64,000 bases of DNA, taken from the NCBI GenBank assembly GCA_964252035.1, contig OZ176201.1. One strand, written 5' to 3'. The position numbers and the translations under genes were made by a program. Source of the DNA: Podarcis erhardii (Eukaryota). Positions 50,212 to 62,879 of the stretch are shown in pieces. The notes below the pieces were generated by a model. That model was not told where the DNA came from. It was given only the letters and a program-made list of their open reading frames with translations, and ran no database searches. Numbering within the stretch: the first letter of the stretch is position 1; each line of letters opens with the position of its first letter.

Positions 50212-52800
50212 CACCACACATGGAGAATCCTGGGAGCTGGTGCTGGGAACTGTAGGTCTGTGAGCTCAGTGCCTTTACCAAACTACAGTTCCCAGGATTC
50301 TTTGTGGAAAACCATTACCATTAAAGCTGAATAAGTACTTTAAATGTACGTGTGGCCTTTTTCTAAAATCAGTGTTCCTATGACTTCTTTTAACAGCTGC
50401 CTGACAGAGAAACCTAACAGGAGATACTTCATATCATCTCCATATTGGGAAACACTTCATCTGTTGAATTTGTTCACATCACAAAGGTGTGAAAAATGCT
50501 CGAGCACTTGCAGAGAGGTGAGGAGGTGCCATCCCTGGTTTGGTCCTTGATTACTTTCATTACTTTGGAGTTACTGGCTAAATTTATAGCCTTTGAAACA
50601 GACCATTTCCCCCCAATGTGCAAACATTATTCCCTATTTAGGTTTATAAATATATTACAGTTTTCTTGAATTCTCTGGTGGAGAGATGAGCTATAATCAT
50701 AGCAGTATAGAGAGCAGGAAATGGATGGGAAATGCTTTGATCATATAATTAATTCTTAAAGGAATGCATATCTAATATTTTATTCTGCAGCCTCCCAGGA
50801 TTGAAGTACTTCAGTTACCTCCCCCTTTAATAAAACAATCAAATAGTGCAACCTTTGCGGAGTACAAATCCTGATGATTACAAGTTCAAAGAGAAAGTCA
50901 ATGAATCTGCACAGATACCTCAGGCATCTTAGAACTACCGGTACTAATAATCACAGGCAGGCATGAAATTCATTTTTCCCCACAAACAAAAAAGATGTCC
51001 ATTGAAATGCCATGCTATGGCTTTCTCAACAGGCTACTTATGTTCAGATCAATCATATTTTCATAGTTAGAACTTCAAGTTGAAAATATTTTTTTATAAA
51101 TGGTTTGCAGGCCATCATAAATTGCCATTTTTTTTTAAAAAAAATTAATTATATATTCTAATTCTACTGATTGTTGTTTTCCTATTTAAAATTGTTTCCA
51201 TACACAATAACTCAAACCCCAGAGGTAATCACAAGTAGAATACAATAGCAGAGAAATGTTTATATATGCTAATGACTCAATTAAGGAACGTAATTACTAA
51301 CAAAGATGTTGTACTTAATAACTGAGTGTGCTTGAAAGGGGTTGAAAATCAGATGAACTAGCTGGTCTCATTCATTCAAGATGTAGCAGAAAGGTATAGG
51401 GAAATCCACAACAGCGTGGTCTCCAAAAACTCTATAATCTGTTGTCTTGATGAATTAATTGGACACCTGGTTTGGATATAACACTAAACCACAGTTTAGT
51501 GTTATAAAAATGGGCCTAGTCTCCCCCTGGGCCCATGCACCCCCTACTGAAGCTGCAAGGAATTCAGAAACTTTCATTTCTAGCAATCTGTTGTATCAGC
51601 GATGGATCTGAATCTTTTTCTCAAAGCTTGGTGGTTTGTATTCTAAAGCAGATGATACAGTCTCTCTTCTCTTAAAACATTATAAAACTGTAAATGTAGT
51701 GCAATCAGGAACTTTAGCCACCGATTTTTAATCAAACTTATCAGTGCTAACGCATATTTTTGCACTTGGGCAGGTAGCATAGAGCTTGCGCAAGACCACA
51801 TTTATTTATGATTCCTTTTATCTGCTCTTGCAATAAAACATGTTTTCATTGGGATTGGGGAAGGGGTTAGTGAGAGGTCAATGCTCTAAGCAATCTTTCC
51901 AATTCATAGCAATACTAGCTAAACAGCAGCTAAGCCAGAGTCTCCAGTCTATTACAAAGAAAGTATTACATTTCTCTTCCAGCCCCCAAAATTAAAAGAA
52001 TATATTCCAATGCTAGCTAATTTCAAGCCATCTCCTACGGATACATTCTTTGAAATGCCACCCAGGTCTTGTTATTGCTGTTGAGGACAGAGAGCTGGGG
52101 ATTCAGTCGGCATTAGATTTTATTTGTCTAACCAGCTGGGGGTGGGGAGGGGGCTGTAAATACTGGGAAATGCCAAGCCCTGGGAGCACAGTCCTTGTCT
52201 GACTCTGCCACTGAACTGCAAAGTCAGGAGCAAGCAGAATGAGGCAGTGGATGCTCATTCTTCGAGAATGAGGAAGGCACAAGGAAAGGTACTAACTTTA
52301 AAACACACACACACAAACACGTTTTCCTCCCAAATATATTTTTGACAATACTTTGAGCAAAGCACCTCTTTCAAATATTGTACCATCTTTACTCTCACTC
52401 CTTTTGGTAAGTCTTAACCCTGCTTCCTTCATTTGTATTCTTATCTCAAGGATATTTTACCTGAAATATTAATACATTATGCAGAAACAGAGCCAACTCA
52501 GGACATTTTGCTGCCCAAAGGTGGAGCAATAAATGGACACACACACACACAAAAAAAAAAATCAAGGTGCATAGTATCCAAAGCCAACCAAGTTATTGCC
52601 TATCTGAGACAGAAAATCTCAAAAGCAAGTTTCCCCTGGCAGTAAAAATAGAATAACAAACTAAACAGAGAGAAGGCAGGCTTGGGTTAGGTGTAAGGGG
52701 ATGGGTTTAGTGCCAGGTGTAAGATGAGAGGGGTTGAAAAGAGGAAGTGGTCAGGCAGGGGTTGGTGAGAAACCTAAACAGTGGTGCAGTCCCTAGTATA

Positions 52801-52997
52801 CAGGCAATCCTCGTTTTTGTGCGGGGGGTTATATCCCAGATCCTCCCATGTGTTGGCAGAGCACACATAAGCCTGCTCCGCCCCTACCCCATTCTGCCCC
52901 ATATTGTGATGTCTTTATGACATTTTAGGGTATTTCCAGGTTCGGTGCTGTGCGTGTGTACATGTCGTTTGGGTGCACATAAATCTGTTGTTGCCTG
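52801..52997. mobile_element. Older Tc1/mariner-like MITE
   Basis: TA|CAGGCAA...TTGCCTG|TA ends with imperfect longer TIR. Confidence 0.65.
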
Positions 52998-55900
52998 TAT
53001 AAATAAAAATATAAAGGATGATCCAACCGATAAAATAAATATCATTTTATTATCAGGGGCCAGGGAACTGTTTAGGGGATTTTGTTGCGGGGGGTTGCTG
53101 CTGTTGATGTTAGTTTTTTATATCTTTATACTGGATCTTATGATTTATGTGGAAATTGTTCAGTTTGGTTGTGTACTTTTTGATGTTTTGTTTATTGTTT
53201 ATAACTACTTTTCTTATGTTTGTAGTTATGCATTTTTATATGTTGTATTCCGCTTTGAGCATAGTTTTAACTATGGAAAGATGGCATGCAAATAAAATGA
53301 TCGATCGATCAGAAAATCAAATTACAAGGCTGAAACATTTGGTTCTCAAATCGCATATGTACTTGAATTGTACATTTTATGATTTGCAATGTAGACATGT
53401 GGAGGAAGGACAACTAAATCCTTGTATACTTTGGCCCTAATACAGTCAGGCTTATTAGGCTTAGCCATGGCTAAACTTGACCCACTTATTTCAACAGGAC
53501 TAAAGTACAACTATTTCCTCCTCTAGATTTAGGGCCTATATTCCATAAGAGCCTTGGCTGTCCACATCATCTCAGTTTTACCTGTGGAAACAGTGCAATT
53601 TCAACTTACTAAAGTGCAATTTCTGAAAACTTCTGGTTTGCCAAACGTTTTACATACCCCAGGCCCTTGCAGTGATTCCTGGAATTTTTATTCCCAATTT
53701 CAATCAGCCAACAGTCCCTCGGACGTCATTGAGTGCAGAACAAGAAATTTAGGATTTAGCCTAGTAATAAAAACTTCCTTCCTTCTTTCTGTGGAACACT
53801 CTGCAGGGCATTACTATGTTCCTTTCTGCTCTGTCTACAACTCTTGAGACTAGACCCATCAGCTATTCTGGTTGATCACCCTTATTCCTTCCTGCAGATG
53901 CTGCTAGGGTGGAAATGAGGTAAGATTTAAAACTGCAAGGAAAACAGAACCAGCAAGCTGGAGCAAATATGGTTACTCTTTGGAATAGGCAGTAGGCTCT
54001 TCCAAAATACGTAGGCTATGTACATATGTACATATTAGTGACTTAAAACACAATGAGACATGCCCGCCTGCTGCATTTCAAGTTGCATTTGCCTGGCAAG
54101 GATATCTTCATCCAATGCACATTTTCCCTCGCCTGCAATTCCCCCATGAAGCTGTCATCTGCACATGCACAATGGTTATCTCAAAGGTACTCACCTCAGC
54201 TTAACTGGGAAGTGAGTGTGGCTTATGTTTTCAAATCATATGGCAACTGGTTTGAGGGAAAACACATCAAGCATCAAGAACTACATGATAGATATGGATT
54301 GTGGCTAATGTCAGGTGTACCTCCAGAATGAGAGCACACTGGAGCCAGGGTAATGTGCGCGCAGCCATTGTTGGACATAACACTTATTTCCATGTTCCCT
54401 TTTAGAGGTTTATTGAAGCAACTCAAACAATCCTGTGCACTGTTAATACATAAAGTCGGGGTATATGTACAATTTAACTCAGCAAGCAAAGTCAACAGTG
54501 ATGCAGCAGCGGGTATTTACAGAGGAGAATCAGAGGCTGGAAGTGCTTAACCTTTCCCTACAACCATTCTCCTGGACTTGTTGCTTGACTGATGGGCTAA
54601 TGCATGGCCTTGGAGCCACCTGTGCAAAGCAGGGAGCTGGGAGAGAAAGAGAGGGGTGGGGAACTGGTGGGAGAGAAGGGTTATGGGGGACATTGGTGAG
54701 CTGAAACTATTTAAGCACTCACTCTTGCCCAGTAACACTCCCTTGCTAATGCCCTGCCTATCCATTCATTAACAGTATTAGGCAAACTGGGAACCTGTGT
54801 TTGCCTACTAATGTGCAGTTTACAATTCTGCAGCCAGAAAAACCAACATTTGGCGAACAACATGAGTTATGCTAATTGGATATGTTTGCAAAATTGCATG
54901 CCCCATCTTGTCTTGTTTTAAATCCAGAGTAACTTTGCCCTCTTCAGTGAAGTGGAAATTGGAGCACGTTTCCTATCTCTTATTTCAAGCAGCCTTTCTT
55001 GGATTATTATTTTTAATGTATCAGTCACCACATGGAAAATTAAACCACGGATACAGAAATGCTTAAGCTTCAAGTCAAAGTTGGGCAAACACTGGTGATC
55101 ATTAGGATGTCCACAATGAATTTCACCATAGCTACCCCCCAAATCATCAGTGCTTGCCTAGCTCTGACCTGCAGTTTAAGCTGTTCTGTGCTGAGGTTTC
55201 ATTCTCCAAATGGAGATTGATACATGGGGTAAAGGAATAGCTAAGTGTGCATATGATGACCATTCTCATGGAGCATGTTGCTCCATGAAAAAATGGCAGA
55301 AGTCAATACAAATATAGTGGAGTTGCTTTTATTGGAAATATATTTACTTCAGCAGTTCTAATACGGGTTTGTTTTGTATGTAACTGTAAACGTAGACTCT
55401 AGTACACAGATCATATCAAAGCACCATGTATGGTGAAAATACACGTCCGAATGTTTTGTTCATGCTGCTTGTACAGAGATTCCTTCTTGACTGCCTCTCA
55501 CTTCTGACAAGCCCTGCGTCACCATGTACCATGCCATTGTTATTGCTGGCCTTGCTGACACATTGTCACCATAAGTCAGTGGAAAACTCTGCCCGGGCCT
55601 GGACTCCAGCCAGAAGGCTCTACTCCAGGATCCCCCTTTCCCCTCTCCCCATGAACTCCTCCCTGAGTCAGCTGGCTCAACCGCCCACAGAAAGGGGGGA
55701 AAAAACACCTCCTTGAAAGACGTCATCATTTCATTGTTGGATTATTTTCAGACTAGAAATGCAGCGTGATTTGTGTACAAGTAAGTGAGCAGATCAACAC
55801 ACTGAAGTGCAGATACTTTCTCCCCCTGGAAAATGTATATTAAATGGCCAGTGTCAATCATGCCTGAGTTGGCCGGGCATGCTGTTCTCCTCCCCCATCC

Positions 55901-57495
55901 TCACCAAAATGAAAACTGACCCATTGCCTACCTAGACACCCATCATAAAGGGGTCCCTGAACTGTTATCAGGCTATGACAGTTTCCGCCATCGGATTCCT
56001 CCTGCCCATCAGGAAAGCTAAATAAGGACCGCAGTTCAGGCGGCTGCAGGAAGAGGGGAAATGCAGGACATCCGGCCCAGCTGCCAATTTTTCCTTTCCC
56101 ATGAACCACTGCTGACCTCCGCCAGCAAAGGCTTGGACATCATGCCTGGCATCATAGCTAAGCATCTTCACTTAACTCTTTGCAGGCTACCTGTTAAAAG
56201 CCAGGGACCTGCAGATACCTGGATTAATCATAGTGTGTGACTCAGTTTTACATAAAGTTCAGAGAGCATAATATTGGCACAGTTTGATCTCTATAATGTA
56301 TCACCCAACTTCAGTTCAGTGCATGCCTATCTCAGCAGTGTATAAATTTAACCCATTTGTAACAACAAACAGTTGACTATATACAGTACCTCTATTAAGT
56401 TCATGCCAGGAAGTTAAGCATATGCATGTCTTGAAAGCATCCAGTGATTATTTTATCTCCTTATAGACAGGTTTACAGTTGCTTGTCTATGTAACAACTA
56501 TACTCACACACTTCCAGTATGCTGAACAGGTTATTTCCTATTATGAAGCCATTAACGGAATAAACTGACATCTGGTGAACTCTAGGTTTACTACTATGAA
56601 AAGGTAATCCCTGTATCCTTTAGAAACTTCCTAATGTCTAAAGATAAATTCCAGAAGGTCCACTCTCTTTTCTGTGAATAACATATTGGGTTATTATTTT
56701 TTCCTGTCTGATCAGATAACTTGGGGTTTTTTAGGGAGGAAAGGGGGATAAATCTTTGCTGTAAATTCATAACGCAGATGGAGAGAAGTAAAGAGGCATT
56801 ATTTATATAGGAGGAGTAACTGTGGAAAAACAATACTGTTTAAAATACTGGAAATAGTCAGAAGAGCAAGTGAATGACTGCAGTTGCAGAATGTGAGGGG
56901 GGCAGATTCAATAAGTTAGTTCGCCAGGTTCTGCCCTTTTTGCATTACACAACTTTGCATTCTTTCTTGTCTCTCCAGTGGCTGGTGATTCATGATATCC
57001 TTCTGATTTTGCAGCAATATTATCTTTGTCTCTTTTTTATGAAGGGCATCAATGGACTGTAGCACAATAACTGGAATTCCATTTGGACACTTGCTAGCTT
57101 GTTTTGGATTTTCCATCATCTCTTGGTTTGGCCTCACTGCCAAGTAGCCACAACTGTGCTGAGCTGGCTTTGAATGTCTTAGTCAAGTGTAACATGAGAA
57201 GGCTATTGCAAGAAGAAGAAGAAAACTAAAAGGACTGAGGAATTATAAGGTGGGATGGTGGACTGGAAATCTCCCTTTGTAAGCTGTCTGCACTCACAAT
57301 AGGAGCATAGGAACCTGCCTTATACCGAGTCAGACCATTACAGCCTACACTGTATTGTCTACACTGACTAATAATGGCTCTCCAAAGTTTCTGACTTTTC
57401 TGACTTTTAACAACCCTACTGGCAAAGTGTGTGGGGACCTTCTGGATGCAAAGCATGTGAGTATATGTAGGCTTATTTTTGTGAGGGGGTAGAAC

Positions 57496-57980
57496 CAGGG
57501 GTGTAGCAAGGGGGTGCGGTAGGTACGGTCTACCCCAGGTGTCCCCACTGAGGGGGGTGACAAAATGGCAGGGAGCACTCCCTACAGGGCCTGCAGCGTG
57601 TTTTGGGCACTCACAGGCTCCACGATGTCTGCCCGCTGCCTCCCCCCCCCCAGCTATAGGGTGGCTGAGGCCCTGGCCCTCGTGGTGCATCCCATCACTA
57701 TGGGCGCCCCACACCCTGTCCTGTTCCTCCCTAAGGGCACCTCATGCCCTATCCCGTCCCTGTGGGCGCTGCGCGCCCCATCCCATCCCTCCCTAAGGGC
57801 ACTGTGCTCTCCGCTCTGTCCCCCCCATGGGTGCCGTGCGCCCTGTTCCTCCCTATGGGTGCTGTGCACCCCGTCCCTCTGGGTTCCACTTGCCCCGTGC
57901 CGTCCCTATGGGCGGTTCGCCCCGCCCCTATGGGCGCACCGCCCCAGGTGCCCGAGAGGCTTCCTCTGCCGCTCAATAGA
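57496..57980. mobile_element. GC-rich MITE-like element with internal CCCTATGGGCG minisatellite
   Basis: Starts CAGGGGTGTAGCAAGGGGG and contains ~8-10 degenerate repeats with core CCCT(A/G)(T/A)GGG(C/T)G. Right end is degenerate. Confidence 0.55.
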
Positions 57981-60384
57981 GCCAGGCTTAGAACACAAAG
58001 CCAGCCTAGGCACTGAGCCTGGCTGTGTCCTTTTAATGACGAGGCACTTTGGAGGAGCAATGATACCACTGCAATTCATTAAGCACCATTACAGTTTTGA
58101 CCTTAGGAGAAATCCACCAACGGGACTAACACAACCCACCTCATTAGCAGCTTGAAATAAGAAACAAAGCTTTAAGATAGCCAGAGGCAATAAAAATCCT
58201 GGGATTAATTTAAACAGTCACTGGATATCAGAGCAGCTGCAGAAGTATTTCTATGCCCACAGAGGAGAGATTATGATCGTGCTGCAATCCATCGGAATGC
58301 CTAGCACCAAGTCCCAGGCTACAAGGAGCAGGGGGTATCTGTTTAACACATTGTGTCAAGCGTCGTCCTTGCAGCAGGTGCTGCGGCAATTGGGGATCTA
58401 TCGGGGAAAAGTGCGGCAATAATATATTCCATATGCCCTCTGCAATCATGTCAGCATGCTCCACTACGTCTGCTACAAGGATTTGTCTGCCTCCCTCAGC
58501 TACATTCCTGGAAGCGGTAGGTTTGAGTTTTACTTGGCCTCGTGCCAAAAGGATGCTTTTAGCACTCTCACTGTAAATGGAGACTTGATCCATGGAGCCA
58601 GGCGAGTCAGTATGATCTGCAGTCCAGCTATGTACTGCAGGCCAAAGAAATTGGTCCACCCTTAACCAAGTGGCTGGATGGGCCTGATGAGAACCGACTG
58701 TGCATGTTTATTTACAACTTATCATAAAAAATAAGGAGGCAACAAAGAATGGGCCTTGTCCCATGCTGGTAGGCATTGGCATAGCGTGGGTTGCCAGTGC
58801 CCAGGGCCTGACAAGGGAGGGAAGGAGGGAGGGAGGGAAAAGGACAGAGTACGCATGCACATTCCTAATAACACCATGGCACCCAGGAGATCACAGCCGC
58901 AGAGATTAAGAAAAGAGAAATAATTCCGCTGCCTGGAGAGGATACTTCCTGGTTTGCATGGAGAAGCCATTTTCAACAGAACTCAGCAATGGAAGCATGC
59001 ACTGCATTGAGGCAGTACCAGGTGTTGAAATGTTGCATCCCTAAGAATTTTGCACCCGGGGCAACCACCCCTGTGATTCCCCGCCCTCACTACTGCCAGG
59101 GGCTGATGAGATCTGTAGTCCAACAACATCTGAAAGGCCACAGTTTAGACATCCCTATTATAAAGAGCCCAAATACAGGAGTCTGTAAACCTGCTCACCC
59201 AAACCACAAGACTTAACATTTCTTAACATTATGTGTGATGATTACCCCGCCACCCACAATTCTTCCAGGGAATATGTATGGATCTCCTCATCTCACCTCT
59301 CGATAACCCAGTGAGATAGGACAGGCTGACAAAGTGACCGGCTAAAATCACCTACCCCACCCCTGAACTATGGTGCAATACTGTCTGGATGTAAAAGGAA
59401 GTATTTACAGATCAAAGCTAAGTATGCCAATAGTGGCACCTGACCATAAGACATTCATGATAGCATAAGAGACAGATAAAGAGTGTTAAAGCTACTATAA
59501 AAAATTGTGTGCCATTGAAACTAATGTACTCCAAAGTCACCAGGTGAGCTTCATGGCTGAACCTGGGTTTGAACATCACCACCATCGGTTTTCTGAACAC
59601 ATTCAAGCCCCTATGCCAGATTTATCTCACACCTGTTTATTCTTCATTCCTTTCTAGCTATTCATTTAGGAAAGGTAGTGTTCTCAATCCACACTGCCCT
59701 CCTGCCTCACAGAAACTCTGATCCTTATGAAGGGAGCATTATATCAACTCAGTTCTCTTTGTATCAGGACATGAAAAACCAAGCATGTGCGCTGCTTGTG
59801 TGCACTCCACCCCAGAGGCAGCAACTCAGTGTGTTTTAGCCTTGTTCAGACCCATTAGGTTAGTAGGAGAAAGGTAACATCACCCACAAATAATTCATCA
59901 CAATGTCCAATTCCAGCTGCAAAGCACTATGCCTTAAAAGCACCTTTGCTGAGCAGCAGCTGTCTGGACTTGCAATGAGCCTGGTGCTGCATTCTATACC
60001 TCTCAGATGCTTAAGACCCTGCTTTTAAATCACTTTTTTGTGTGGAATAAACAATACACCACAACAGTGATGAATCATGGAGCTGTGATTATAGAAAATG
60101 GTCTTATGCTGCAAAAATTGATCTTACCGCTTGCAAAGCTTCCTGCACTATGACTTTTGCTGTGGTCTCTCTGGTTCCTTATAGCCTCCCACCTGAACGC
60201 TAGCAAATCATGTGTCATAGTCCTCCTCCACGGAAACATTTTCTGCATCTCAGCAAATGTTACCTACAGCTTTATTTTATTAGTAGCTCCGACACGCAGG
60301 CAAACCACCTCCCTACTCCCAAGTCTGACAGGCATCTCATGCAGTCTCAGCCAGTATAGATCTACTCAGAAGGAAAGTCCCACT

Positions 60385-60565
60385 CAGGGGTGCTAACTTG
60401 AATGAAATATTGGGGGGAGGGGTAAGCCCCACCCCACATAATCGATAGCAAGAAGCAGTGTGCACACACCATTTGAATGGCGATGTCGATCAATGGGGAG
60501 GGGGGCTCCAATATTTTATTGGGGGAGGGTGAAGGGACCTCAGTCCCTAGGAGTTGGCTCCTATG
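60385..60565. mobile_element. 181-bp hAT-type MITE
   Basis: Imperfect TIRs CAGGGGTGCTAACT / AGTTGGCTCCTATG and perfect 8-bp TSD GTCCCACT (60377-60384, 60566-60573). Confidence 0.82.
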
Positions 60566-60879
60566 GTCCCACTTTGTTCACTTTGGGACTGCAGCCCTAG
60601 TGTTGGGCCAGTCAATGTGTTTTGGTAATAAATGCAGTAACTTGAACCAACTTATGTGTCTGCACACAGACTATATATCATAGCACACAAACAACAGGCA
60701 ATGCATTAAAAAGGAAAAGAAAGAAAGAAACCAACAGAAAGGCAGGATAAACTGTACAGGATCACACCAGAAGGCACTTCCTGAGGAACCAGCGCAGGTT
60801 TGATCCCTGTTGCGGGGTTAAACCAAAGGGATGTCTAAAGTCCCCTTTCCTGCCCGAACTTTGCGTGCAGCTGGAGGAA

Positions 60880-62326
60880 AAGATTAGTCACCCAAGAGTG
60901 CCCTCTGGTGGTTGAATGGCGCTCGGTCATCCAGCTGAAGTCGGAAAAAGATGAACAAGTAGTCGAAGAAAGCGGGTACAGTACTACTAAGTTGGCAGAT
61001 GCTTTGCCCGGAGAGCGGCGGAGTTGAACAAAAGAGGGAAAGGGATGTGAAAGGGAATGAAGGGACAGAGGAAGAGTGCACAGCTGGGGACTCAGAATCC
61101 AAAGAAGCGATAAAAGCGGGGAGAGCTGAAAAGTGCCAAATATTATCTAGAAAGGGAGGCAAAAAAGGCAAGGTTGGGGACCGAGGCCACGGAGAGCATG
61201 CAAAGAGCAGCAGAAGGGTGCGAGGAGCCAGGGGATGCCCGTCCCCGCCGGTGCCAGGCGGTCGGGAGCCGCTGGCGCAACTCCGCGCACGCGGGCGGAG
61301 GGAGCGCGGAGCTTTCCACCCCGGTTCATCCTGCAGCCAGGCGATGCCCGCCGCCACCCGCCCCGTCCCATCCCTTGCCAGCCCACAGCAGCTCCTCGGC
61401 TTGCGCGGCGCCGCCGGCGTGCGCTCCGTCGAAGGCGCGCCTGCGCTCACTCACCTGCTTCCGAGACGATGCCGATCCAGAGCCAGAGGGAGAGCGTGCA
61501 CACTCTCTTCATTTCCAGCGAAGGGGCTGCGGCAGCAGGCGAAGCCACGTCTGGCCACGGGGGTTCCGCGGCTGCTTCTACTCGACGGCCGGCGCAAGGC
61601 TGTGCCTCCTCCGTCCGCCTCAAGCAGAGCGGACGCGCTCTCTCGATGCCTCAGGCGCGCTTCCCTTTCCTTTTCCTCCCGCTGCCGGGAGCAAATCCCG
61701 CTGGAGCGGCTTGGCCAAGTTTGCCCCGGCGCAGCAGCTCGGCCGGGAGCTGCTCCGTCTTTGCGCGAGGCAGCCCAGCCGGTGTGAGGGGCGGAAGGAA
61801 GGCGGGAAACGCGCGGCGGGGGCGGGGAGCGAAGGTGGCGGGCGGGCTGGTGGGCAAAGGGGGGAAAGTGTGAAGAAGGGGGACGACGACGAGAAGGGCA
61901 CCGAGTGTGGGGTGGGGCTTGCTGGGTCGGAAAGCGGAGTTTCTCCCTCACCCGCCAAGGGACAGCGGCGGGAGACGGGGGTGGGCGTGGGGGAAGATAA
62001 AAGCTCTTCGACGACGGGGTGGGCAGGAGCGTTAAGGTGTGTGAGGGGAGCGCGCGCAATTAGAGCGCAGTTGGCGGGCGGGGGCGCTGGACGGCAGGAG
62101 AAATCACGTCGCGAGTCAGACTGAATGATGGGCTCCCCGTGGGAGGCCGAGAAGTTTGCTGAGGGAGGCGATGGGCAGACGCAGCGTTGTGGGACGGGGG
62201 AAACGCGGCAAGGAGCAGGTGAGAGGCTCCACCACCGCCTTGCTATTATTATCAAGGCAAATGGCTTCCTCAGGCAAAGGGAGTCTGGAGTCTTCTCTTT
62301 TGAGGACGCCGGTTCTGTGTGCGCTT
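60880..62326 (-). promoter_or_regulatory. FLT4: CpG island spanning the FLT4 promoter, 5'UTR, exon 1 and start of intron 1
   Basis: Abrupt rise in GC and CpG density against a CpG-depleted background. GC boxes (GGGCGG), AGATAA at 61995-62000, no clear TATA box, and no upstream ATG seen on the minus strand for ~700 nt above the start codon. The TSS cannot be fixed from sequence. Confidence 0.88.
61455..61512 (-). CDS. FLT4: FLT4/VEGFR3 coding exon 1 (signal peptide, MKRVCTLSLWLWIGIVSEA)
   Basis: ATG at 61512-61510 with G at -3. The 58-nt coding part is followed by donor G|GTGAGT, lies in a CpG island, and splices in frame to exon 2. 58 nt matches the human FLT4 exon-1 CDS length as I recall it. 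Confidence 0.93.
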
Positions 62327-62394
<68 letters not shown>

Positions 62395-62395
62395 C
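62327..62395. repeat. (AAC)23 microsatellite
   Basis: Perfect trinucleotide array at the upstream edge of the CpG island. Confidence 0.98.
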
Positions 62396-62879
62396 GGGAC
62401 ATTACCATAAATGAGCAATTTCCTGACACTGACGTTCGATGAGGGGAAAGCTTCACCTGTTGGATTTTATTTTATTTTTATTGCCGACGCTGCCCGTGTT
62501 AGAGAAGCAGGAGCTCTGCCAGAAAAATAGTGGCAGCCATAGAATAATGTGCTTCCTTGCTTATATCCCTTTTCACTCCTGAACATGCTCTTCCAGTTCC
62601 TGCTGTGCTTTCTGTGCAAAGCCAGAAGCACCAGAAATAGTCTCTTCCATGGAACCATGGGAAGAGGGGTGGACTCCACTACCTGCCTGCAGACTTTGTG
62701 ATTCCACGTGGATAAGCAATGCAGCCTATGCCTTAGAGCAGGCATGTCCCACAGGTAGATCTTGAAGAGGGGCCTGAAGAGGACCCCCAGGACTGAGGTC
62801 CACCATCCCTGCTATATAAAAAGTAGTGATGATAGCAAAGGCAACATAAGACATATAGATAACAAAAATAGTGGGTAGA

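Noticed and set aside
3470-61512. Alternative identity as KDR or FLT1
   Set aside because: [46 protein letters not shown] and WRPWTPC are VEGFR3-specific.
60884-62418. Long overlapping ORFs (188-316 aa) on both strands
   Set aside because: Stop-codon scarcity in a GC-rich CpG island gives low-complexity Arg/Ala/Gly/Pro peptides, mostly with non-ATG starts. The true coding part is the 58-nt exon 1.
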